From contig JBBCJC010000002.1 of assembly GCA_037189525.1 (NCBI GenBank), positions 1,351,450 to 1,415,449 of the forward strand: a stretch of DNA of 64,000 nt, given 5' to 3'. Each line of letters begins with the position of its first letter. The first letter of the stretch is position 1. The translations under genes and the position numbers were made by a program. Positions 23,494-31,513 of this stretch are shown piece by piece. The notes beneath the pieces were generated by a model. It saw only the letters and a list, made by a program, of their open reading frames with translations, made no database searches and was not told the DNA's origin. The DNA is from Gemmatimonadales bacterium (GTDB lineage: Bacteria > Gemmatimonadota > Gemmatimonadetes > Gemmatimonadales > GWC2-71-9).

Positions 23494-25173
23494 GTGCATT
23501 TCGTCATCGATGACGAGGCCTGCGTCGGCTGTCTGGCGTGCGTCCGGGTGTGTCCGAGCAACGCAATTGCGGTTGCGCCGGACGGCTCTTGGGTGCGCGT
23601 CATCGACGAGGCGTGCGTGCACTGCGGGCTGTGTGTGCCGGAATGCCCTCATGGCGCGGTCGATGTGGCCGGCGAGTTGGGGCATGCCGTCGCGATTGCT
23701 GCGGAGGGAACCGGCGCGCTGATTCTCGACACCGAGTGCGCGGCGCATTTTTATCCGGCCGTGCCGGAGCAGGTCGTCAATGCCTGCTACGCAGCGGGGT
23801 TCCGGCTGGTGTCGCGCGGCGTGATCGGTGACGAGTTGGTGGCCATGGAGTATCTCCGGCTCTGGCAGAGCGAGACCTGGGGCACGCTGATTCGGTCGAC
23901 CGATCCTGTCGTGGTCGCCACGGTGCGCTCGGAGTTTCCGGAGCTGGTGCCGTACCTTGCGCCGGTGGTGCCGCCGGTGGTCGCCGAAGGGCGCTACCTG
24001 CGCTCGATCCAGCCGGAGGGGATCAAGGTCGTCTATGCGGGTCTCACGCCTATGGCGGGCGTACCGGAGATCGACGCGGCGATCACCTTTGCGGAACTGG
24101 ACGAGCTGTTCCGGGCCCGCGGGGTTGCGGTGCAGGCGCAGCCGACGGTCTTTACCCGGGTTCCCCAGGAGCGGCGTCGGCATTTGAGCGTGGCGGGTGG
24201 CTTGCCGGTAACGATGCTGGAGGAGGCCAAGCACTCGAGCCGGCGGTTCCAGAAAGTCCGCGGGCTCTCGGGGCTCAAGGCCATCTCGCGTGCGGTGACG
24301 GTGGATCGGATCGATCTCGGGTTTGTCGACGTGCTCTCGTATGAGGGCGCCCTCGATCACCCGCTCTCCGGTCCGCGCGACCAGCTGTACTGGCGCCGGG
24401 CGGTGGTACAGAACACCGAGCCGCCGCGGAGCCGGGTACCGGTGGTCGAGGCGGGTGTGGTGGCCAGCGTGGGGGCAGTCTTCGATATTCGGCCGCGGAC
24501 CAATGCGGGCGCCGAGCCGGAGCAGGTCGAGCAGGTCCTTGCCGCCATCGGGCTGGGCCCGAATGGGCGTCCCTGGGACTGCCGGGCGTGCGGTTACGAT
24601 ACCTGCCGGGCCTTTGCGGAGGCAGCGGCGTTGGGTCGGGCCTCGCTCAAGCAGTGCGGGCCCTATCAGGAGCGGCAGGCGGAGGAAGCGCATCGGGCGG
24701 CGGCGACGGACCTGCTGACCGGGCTCGCGACCTTCCGGGTCCTGCGCGACCGGTTGACGCACGAGGTCGAGCGCAGCAAGCGAAGCGGCGATCGCTTTAC
24801 GGTCTTGTTTCTCGATCTTGACCGGCTCAAGCAGGTCAACGATCAGTTTGGGCACGAGGCGGGCAACGAGGTGTTGAAAGAAGTGGCTCACGAAATTCGT
24901 GCGGCGGTCCGCGCATCGGACCTGGCGGCGCGATACGGGGGCGACGAGTTCGTCGTCATTCTGACCCGGACCGATTTGCTCGGTGCGGAGCGGGTGGCGG
25001 AAGCGCTTCGGCGCGGCGTGGAAACGGTGGGGCAGCGGATGGGCTTTGCGGTGACGGTCAGCATCGGCATCGCGGAGTACGACCCCGACCGGCCCAGCGG
25101 CGGCGATCTGTTGGTCAACGCGGACCGGGCGCTGTATCGCGCCAAGGCCGCGGGGCGCAACACGGTGGTTTAA
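23494..25173 (+). CDS. Diguanylate cyclase with 2x[4Fe-4S] ferredoxin, [FeFe]-hydrogenase-like and Cys-cluster domains
   Basis: CVGCLACVRVCP, CVHCGLCVPECP, DCRACGYDTC, RASD I-site, RYGGDEF. Confidence 0.88.
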   Translation: MHFVIDDEACVGCLACVRVCPSNAIAVAPDGSWVRVIDEACVHCGLCVPECPHGAVDVAGELGHAVAIAAEGTGALILDTECAAHFYPAVPEQVVNACYAAGFRLVSRGVIGDELVAMEYLRLWQSETWGTLIRSTDPVVVATVRSEFPELVPYLAPVVPPVVAEGRYLRSIQPEGIKVVYAGLTPMAGVPEIDAAITFAELDELFRARGVAVQAQPTVFTRVPQERRRHLSVAGGLPVTMLEEAKHSSRRFQKVRGLSGLKAISRAVTVDRIDLGFVDVLSYEGALDHPLSGPRDQLYWRRAVVQNTEPPRSRVPVVEAGVVASVGAVFDIRPRTNAGAEPEQVEQVLAAIGLGPNGRPWDCRACGYDTCRAFAEAAALGRASLKQCGPYQERQAEEAHRAAATDLLTGLATFRVLRDRLTHEVERSKRSGDRFTVLFLDLDRLKQVNDQFGHEAGNEVLKEVAHEIRAAVRASDLAARYGGDEFVVILTRTDLLGAERVAEALRRGVETVGQRMGFAVTVSIGIAEYDPDRPSGGDLLVNADRALYRAKAAGRNTVV

Positions 25174-25198
25174 CGGCGGCAACCGAAGGACGGACAGA

Positions 25199-25930
25199 GT
25201 GACGGGACCCAATCCACTGCGCCAGGACATCGGCTCGGCCAAGCCGGCCGAGAGCATGCCGGACCCGTGGGGCGTGCGGCGGGCGGAGAACCTGCTGACG
25301 ACGCTCGAAGGCGTGCTTTCGGCGCGGGTAGTCACCACGCCGTTGGGTGAGGTCAGCGAGATTCACGTGCTGGCGCAGTCGGGGTTGCAGGCCAAACAGT
25401 TGGTGCGCAACATCGAGTCCGCGCTGCTGGCGCAGCTGGGCCTCAAGGTCGACCATCGCAAGATCAGCATTGCGCAGACGGCGGAAGTCCGGCCGATGGA
25501 AACCATCGAGCGGGCCTCGGTGCGCGAGCGGGCCATGCAGCGCGGGGTACTGTTCGAGGACTTGGTGGTGCGTGGCAGCGATCGGCCGCTGCGGGTGGCG
25601 GTGCAGGTGTCGCTGTCGATTGCCGGCCGGCAGGAAACGGCGGACGAAGAGACCACGGACACCCCTCGCGGCCGGGTCGAAGGCGCCGCGCGCGCGACGG
25701 TGGCGGTGCTCGAACGGCTGCTCGAGAAGCACAGTTTGATGGTCGAGAATGTCCAGGTGGTCGAGGCGGCGGATCGGAGTGTCGTCTTCGTGGCCCTGCA
25801 AGGCATGGGCGGCCGCGATGGCGTGCTGCTGACCGGGACGGCCGAAATCCGGCAGAGCCCGGAGCGGGCCGCCGTGTTTGCCGTCCTGGATGCAACCAAT
25901 CGCTGGGTGGACGCCCGGCGTCCGGCGTGA
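25199..25930 (+). CDS. Hypothetical two-domain protein; C-terminus resembles the LeuA allosteric/dimerisation fold
   Basis: Clean high-GC ORF in the operon; EIHVLA...KQLVRNIES...DHRKISIAQ and TGTA...AAVFAVLDATNR blocks. Confidence 0.7.
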   Translation: MTGPNPLRQDIGSAKPAESMPDPWGVRRAENLLTTLEGVLSARVVTTPLGEVSEIHVLAQSGLQAKQLVRNIESALLAQLGLKVDHRKISIAQTAEVRPMETIERASVRERAMQRGVLFEDLVVRGSDRPLRVAVQVSLSIAGRQETADEETTDTPRGRVEGAARATVAVLERLLEKHSLMVENVQVVEAADRSVVFVALQGMGGRDGVLLTGTAEIRQSPERAAVFAVLDATNRWVDARRPA

Positions 25931-26032
25931 TTTGAAGGTTGTACTCGGCCTGCAGAGGCAGGCGAGAGTGGCAGGTGACTCTTAGCGAGTGAAAGGAATG
26001 TAGGGAGGGGGGCCCGGTCTTCGAGGAAGTGT

Positions 26033-26061
26033 GAGCGGAGCCGAGCGGACAACTGAGCGGA
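26033..26061 (+). repeat. Three direct GAGCGGA heptamers
   Basis: Copies start at 26033, 26043 and 26055, upstream of the peptide gene. Confidence 0.5.
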
Positions 26062-26135
26062 GCGTTAGGTGGGCTATAGCGAGGCCTGCCGTCCCAAGGG
26101 ACTGTGATTGACCCGGAGGGGAGGTGATAACGCTC

Positions 26136-26219
26136 ATGATCAGCTGGCTCGCGGCCGTTGCTGGCGGTGCAGTGGACTTTATTGTCTCGCTGCTCTTCGC
26201 TGAAGTTCAGAGCTGGTAA
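26136..26219 (+). CDS. 27-aa hydrophobic peptide MISWLAAVAGGAVDFIVSLLFAEVQSW (absent from the ORF track)
   Basis: ATG preceded by the strong SD GGAGGTGAT; TAA 34 nt before the HD-GYP start. Confidence 0.65.
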   Translation: MISWLAAVAGGAVDFIVSLLFAEVQSW

Positions 26220-26253
26220 GCGATGACCGTTAGCCCCTTTTCCCGAACTTCTC

Positions 26254-27726
26254 ATGACAGCTGTACCTCGTTCTGTTAAGACCTATGTTGCCCTCAACGT
26301 CGTCGTCGCGTTGGTGGTCCTTGTATGGTCTTGGACGGGTTACAGGACCGTTCCAGGCATTTGGGAAATATTGGCCCTGCTCTTTGTTGGGTTTTTGCTC
26401 GAGGTCGCCTCAACAACTCTAAGGAGCGGTGAAGGTAAGGGGTCAATCTCGTTTGTTAGCGACTTGGCTGCAGGACTGCTGTTTGGCGCCTTCTGGGCCG
26501 GCGCTGTTGCGGCAATGCTTATGGGGGCGAGCCAGCTTTGGCACCGCCGTCCTACGATTCGTGTCGTTTTTAACGTCGCGCAACGAACGTACTCTTCGAT
26601 AGCCGCAATTGCTGTCTACGCGGCCTTGGGTGGCAGTCAGCCGCTCGACTATTTCGAGAGTGGCGCAGTATTCGATACAGGGGTCTTTCTCAAGGATGTC
26701 CTTTGTTTTTCTGCGGGCTCCCTTTTCTACTTTCTGCTGAACTCCGTCGCTGTTAGTGGTGTTCTTTCCATTTCGCATGGCGTTCCGCTTCGGTCAGTTT
26801 GGCGGCGTAATACGGTATGGGTGCTGGGCTACGATCTAGGTGCGAGCGCGCTTTCGCTGTTGATTGCCTGGGCATACATCCGTTTCGAGGGAGACACAGT
26901 TCAAGGTCGATTCTTCTTCCTCTTGATTCTTCTGCCGATCGTTGCGTTACGACATATCTACATCAAGCTGAATACCCTCCAGGGGCTTTACGACCAGCTT
27001 GATTCTGCTCACGACAAATTGGAGCTGGCGCTGCGTGAGCAGCTTGAGATGATGGTCAAGTCGATTGAGGCACGTGATCCGTATACCTCAGGTCACTCCC
27101 GCCGAGTTGCGGCCCTTTCTAAGGCAATTGGGGTTGAGCTTGGGCTTTCGGGTGAGACGTTACTTGAAGTCGAGAATGCGGCACTCCTTCACGACGTAGG
27201 GAAGATTCACGCGGAGTTTGCGCCTCTCCTTCAGAAGGAAGGGCGTTTGACTCAGGAAGAGTGGGAGATTATGAAGACCCACGCGACCAAGAGTGCTGAA
27301 CTCGTTGGCCTCTTTTCTCGGTTTAACGGAAATGTCCAGGAGTGTGTGCGGTCTCACCATGAGCGTTGGGACGGGAAGGGGTATCCGAATGGTATCGAGG
27401 GGGAAGCGATTCCTCTGGGTGCTCGGATCATTATGATATCGGATACTATCGATGCGATGACGACCGATCGTCCATATCGAAACGCTCTCTCTCTGGATAA
27501 AGTTGTTGCTGAGCTGACTAAGTACCGTGGGAGCCAATTTGATCCAACGGTAGTTGATGCGGCTATCAACTCAGTAACCGTCCGGCGACTTGTGTCGGAC
27601 AAAGACTTCTTCGTCGAGCAGGCCAATGTCCGCCCTCAGCCTGCTGGTGGTCGGCCGCAGCGGCCGGCCTACAGGTCGCAGTCCAGTCTCTTGGATGCCC
27701 TTCGCTCAGGCCTTTCCAACAACTGA
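26254..27726 (+). CDS. Membrane-anchored HD-GYP c-di-GMP phosphodiesterase
   Basis: Multi-TM N-terminal ~235 aa; RDPYTSGHS, LLHDVGK, HHERWDGKGYP, DAMTTDRPYR. Confidence 0.92.
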   Translation: MTAVPRSVKTYVALNVVVALVVLVWSWTGYRTVPGIWEILALLFVGFLLEVASTTLRSGEGKGSISFVSDLAAGLLFGAFWAGAVAAMLMGASQLWHRRPTIRVVFNVAQRTYSSIAAIAVYAALGGSQPLDYFESGAVFDTGVFLKDVLCFSAGSLFYFLLNSVAVSGVLSISHGVPLRSVWRRNTVWVLGYDLGASALSLLIAWAYIRFEGDTVQGRFFFLLILLPIVALRHIYIKLNTLQGLYDQLDSAHDKLELALREQLEMMVKSIEARDPYTSGHSRRVAALSKAIGVELGLSGETLLEVENAALLHDVGKIHAEFAPLLQKEGRLTQEEWEIMKTHATKSAELVGLFSRFNGNVQECVRSHHERWDGKGYPNGIEGEAIPLGARIIMISDTIDAMTTDRPYRNALSLDKVVAELTKYRGSQFDPTVVDAAINSVTVRRLVSDKDFFVEQANVRPQPAGGRPQRPAYRSQSSLLDALRSGLSNN

Positions 27727-27751
27727 ACTCACTGATCCCATCACCAAATAT

Positions 27752-30700
27752 TCATTCTAGTAGCTTCTCCGCCGTACTTGTTGCTGCGTCTGGAAGAATG
27801 CCCTTCAATAATGCAAGCTCTTTTTCTAGCTCCTCTGCCGTTGCCGATATGTTGCATTTGTGATGCATGATAAGGTGAAGTAGCTCGAATCGATCAAGTG
27901 CATCCAGGGACGACCTTTGGCTGTACTCTTCTTCGAGTATGCGCGCAAATTCAACGCTTGGAATGAATTTGTCGACGAGCTTGGATTGCCAACGGAGAAA
28001 GCTTCCCGTTGTTCCTTTCGCAAGCGGATAGTGCGATGTTGTGCCTGCGATAGTTCTTGCTTCCGACAGCGCTTTATTTCTCCAACCTGCGAGCCACAAT
28101 ACGTCGAGTTTGTCGAGCTGCCATTTTTGAAGCAGCCATGCACGTTGTGCTTGCTTTGCGAGGGCGTCGCCGTCCCCGATTCGATCGAGGGCCTTGCTCG
28201 TTTCGCCCAGCGCTACATAGGCCCCACATTCTGCGAAGATAGCGTTACAGCTTGCGACTGGGTCAGAGCCACTCGGAATGGATTTGGCGGCAGCAATTGC
28301 ATCGCGATATTGACCCGTGCGAAGAAGGGCGATTGAGAGGTTCCCCGTACTAGTAGCGATGAGGCTTTGGTTGTCGATGCGATCAGCCAGTGCGATCGCT
28401 GAACGGAAACTCGTAATCGATCTTTGGTAGTCGCCCTGAGCTGCCTGGAAGGCGCCAACCCCCAGATCGAGTCGAGCGCGTGCGGCGTTAGTTACCCCGT
28501 GTGTCGCAAGGATATCACGTGCCTCGCGCGCCGCGGCTTCACCCTCCCGAAGCCGCCGCGAATGGAATGCTAAAGCAGCTGTTGCCGTTAGCAGCGTTGC
28601 GTCCTCAAGGAATGAGTTCCCGGGGCCTTCAGGGATTGTCGCGCGAACCTGGTCCATCAGGCTGTCATTCTTGAGGTCGCCGCTGATAAAGGCGGCGAGA
28701 AGAAGTGCACGGTCATAGAATTTTCGGTCACGCGCTCTTCCATGCACAAGGAGTTCATATACTATCTCTTCGTACTCCTTAAGCCCGAGTTTACCTAGTC
28801 GCCAGTGCGCTTCAATGGCGAGGACACGGAAAACAGGGGCCTGAGCTGTGCGCTCAAACTTTGCGGCGATCCGAAGTCCATCTTCCCATCGGGCCGTTTC
28901 GAAGAGAGCCTCGACCAAGATCGCGGATAAGACGGAGTCGGAGGCGTCGCCTTTGTTCTGGCCATCTCGGAGGTAGCTCTCTAGTGCGAGGATCACCTCG
29001 TCCGGGGCGCCTCGAAGCAATGCATCTTCCGCTCCGCTAATGAGGTACTCTATAGCTTCTTCCCCGCGATGCGACCGGATCAAGTGCCAGGCAATCTCGA
29101 GATGCTGATCCCGGCGCCCCTCTCGGATATTGGCGATCAGGTGGTCCGCGACGAGGCCGTGAATCTGCACCCGGAGCGGTGACGGGATCGTCCCATACAC
29201 GTGGGCCCGCACCAACTCGTTCATGAACTCCGTCCCACTGCCCACATCCCGGAGAATCCGTCGATCCGTCAACGCGGCCAGGCTCTCCATCGTCTGGCTC
29301 AATGTCAGGTCGAGAATGGCATAGACGGCCAGGTCACCGAGGTTGGGCCCGAGGACGGCGGCGAGATAGAGACACTGGCGTGTGCCGGGCGCCAGGTCGG
29401 TCAGCAACCGAGCGACCAACTCCCGGAATGGATCGGCTCCACCAGCCTTGCTCGACTGATACGCCGTCGTAAAGGCTCGTAGCGCGAGGCCCATGCATCC
29501 CGGGCCGCTGATCACCCAATCATGCGCGAAGAGTTCCAGCGCCATCGGATAGCCCCGCGACGCCGCGACCAGAGCACGTTTCTCGGTCGAGCTGGGCGCA
29601 GGGTGATCAGGCGGAAGGATGGCGTCCAGGAGCTCGAGGCAATCTTCGCGCGGCATCGGTTCCAGGGCGATTCGCGCCGCGACCAGGCTCGACAGGTCGT
29701 GCTCCGCAGTCTGATACTCGGTCCCGATATCCGATCGCAGGGTGGCGACGACCATGAAGCGCCGGTCATCGATCCGCCGGGTGATCAGATGTAGGACGGC
29801 GCGGCTGACCTCGTCGGCGTAGATCCAGTCGTCGATGACGAGCAGGACCGGTCGCTCAGAGAGCAGGGCGCGCAGCAGGTCGACCGCTGCCTCCGCAAAC
29901 AGCAGGCGGACCGACTCGCCCTCGACGCTCTGTGGCTCGGGCAGTCGGGCAAACAGCTCCCGGACCTGTGGGATGATGCGGGCCAGTTCGGCCAGCGCCG
30001 CAGGTTCCGTGGACGAGGCGCCCGGGCGGTCGAGCAGTCCCAGGATGATGCTGCTGACGGCGGCGTACGGGATCCGTTGCTCGACGTGATAGCATTGCAC
30101 CCGCGAAACGGATGCGCCTTCGAGACCCGCGGCCGTCACCAGACGTTGCGCCAGCGTGGTCTTCCCGACGCCGCTGTCGCCGGTGATCAGCAGATGATTG
30201 GCCTGGTAGTGATGCACCCCTTCCCAGACCTCGTACAGGTGCTGGTATTCGTGGCGCCGGCCCACGAACGACGTACGCCGCCACTGCTCGGCGGGGACGG
30301 CCGGCGTCGGCTTGGCCCGGCTCGGCTGCCAGCCGCGCTTGCGAAGCTGGGCCGCCATGCCCTCGACCATGCGTGATGGCTGCGCACCGAGATCGTCGAG
30401 CAGCCTGTCTTTCCACTCGTCGAAGATCCGAAGCGCCGAGACGCGGTCGCCCACGAGGGCAAAGGCTTCCATCTGGGCCCGGATCCCCTCTTCCGCCAGG
30501 TGATCCAGCGAGAGGATCCGCTCGGCCCACATCATGATCTCGTCGTGGGAACTCCGCCGCCGGCCGTGATCGATCAGCGCGAGCAGCCCGGCATGCACGG
30601 CTGGCATCCGGCGGACGTGCTCCCGCTCCTTCCAGAACATGAACTCGGGCGCGTCGTCGATATCGAAGCCGCGCAGGAATCCGTCGACGTCGAGCAACGG

Positions 30701-31048
30701 CTCGCCATCGGGGCCGATGATCTGGCCCGATTCCAGATGATCGAGATCGAGGGTGAGTCCCGCCGGTACGAACCGCAGCCCGGCGCGCGTCTGAATCAAG
30801 GTGTCCTTGCCGAGGATGCTGCGCAGCAACGAGACGGCAGTTGCGCAGGAGTGGCGCCCGCGATCGCGTGGCGCGTGAGGCCAGAAGACATCGACCAATC
30901 GATCGCGCGAGTGCGGCCGACTGCGCTCGACCGCGAGGTAGACGAGCAGGGCCAAATGCTTCTTGACGCGGATGCGCACGGCCTTGCCATCCGGGGCCCG
31001 AAGCTCCGGTATGCCGAGGCATTTGAGGTGAAAGGACGTTGGGCGCAT
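27752..31048 (-). CDS. BTAD (SARP/AfsR-like) regulator with P-loop ATPase and TPR-like C-terminus
   Basis: LALLVYLA...SRDRL...FWP; BTAD-like helices; FVGR..E, Walker A GDSGVGKT, Walker B LLVIDD. Confidence 0.85.
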   Translation of the reverse strand: MRPTSFHLKCLGIPELRAPDGKAVRIRVKKHLALLVYLAVERSRPHSRDRLVDVFWPHAPRDRGRHSCATAVSLLRSILGKDTLIQTRAGLRFVPAGLTLDLDHLESGQIIGPDGEPLLDVDGFLRGFDIDDAPEFMFWKEREHVRRMPAVHAGLLALIDHGRRRSSHDEIMMWAERILSLDHLAEEGIRAQMEAFALVGDRVSALRIFDEWKDRLLDDLGAQPSRMVEGMAAQLRKRGWQPSRAKPTPAVPAEQWRRTSFVGRRHEYQHLYEVWEGVHHYQANHLLITGDSGVGKTTLAQRLVTAAGLEGASVSRVQCYHVEQRIPYAAVSSIILGLLDRPGASSTEPAALAELARIIPQVRELFARLPEPQSVEGESVRLLFAEAAVDLLRALLSERPVLLVIDDWIYADEVSRAVLHLITRRIDDRRFMVVATLRSDIGTEYQTAEHDLSSLVAARIALEPMPREDCLELLDAILPPDHPAPSSTEKRALVAASRGYPMALELFAHDWVISGPGCMGLALRAFTTAYQSSKAGGADPFRELVARLLTDLAPGTRQCLYLAAVLGPNLGDLAVYAILDLTLSQTMESLAALTDRRILRDVGSGTEFMNELVRAHVYGTIPSPLRVQIHGLVADHLIANIREGRRDQHLEIAWHLIRSHRGEEAIEYLISGAEDALLRGAPDEVILALESYLRDGQNKGDASDSVLSAILVEALFETARWEDGLRIAAKFERTAQAPVFRVLAIEAHWRLGKLGLKEYEEIVYELLVHGRARDRKFYDRALLLAAFISGDLKNDSLMDQVRATIPEGPGNSFLEDATLLTATAALAFHSRRLREGEAAAREARDILATHGVTNAARARLDLGVGAFQAAQGDYQRSITSFRSAIALADRIDNQSLIATSTGNLSIALLRTGQYRDAIAAAKSIPSGSDPVASCNAIFAECGAYVALGETSKALDRIGDGDALAKQAQRAWLLQKWQLDKLDVLWLAGWRNKALSEARTIAGTTSHYPLAKGTTGSFLRWQSKLVDKFIPSVEFARILEEEYSQRSSLDALDRFELLHLIMHHKCNISATAEELEKELALLKGILPDAATSTAEKLLE

Positions 31049-31513
31049 CGACCCTGGCGTGAAATGATCCAAATGATGCTATCGTCCGATCAAGTAGAGT
31101 TCAATAGCAAAATCAATCGCTCGCTTGCAGGGTTTGATTGTTTGTAATCTTCGTGTCCGTGGCAGATGAAAGTTAACCTATTGCTATGAAATGACTTATG
31201 TAAATGGTCCTATGCGACATGGCGGACTTGGCGCGCTAGTCAAATGGCCGGTTGAGGTCCAGGACCTTCCTGATGAGGCTGTACCGGCCGGGCACGGCGG
31301 AACCTGGCGAGCAGGATTCGCAGCCTGGAATGGCCTACCGCCAGTCACCTAACTCATCTAAAATTCACAACATGCAGCGCAAATGGCGCTGCGAGAACCC
31401 AAGCCAGAGGCCCTGCCTGACGAGGTTCCTGGCCGAGTTCCCGCGACCACCAAAGCTGGTGCGGGGAGCGGCGGGACCCTTACGAGGGGACAGGGCTCGG
31501 AGCTCAAAAAAGA

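Noticed and set aside
23494..24700. Functional [FeFe]-hydrogenase
   Set aside because: H-cluster cysteine motifs are replaced and no maturase genes are in the window.
27752..31048. Avs-type anti-phage STAND ATPase
   Set aside because: The N-terminus is a DNA-binding/BTAD module rather than a nuclease, TIR or other effector, so a regulator is more parsimonious.
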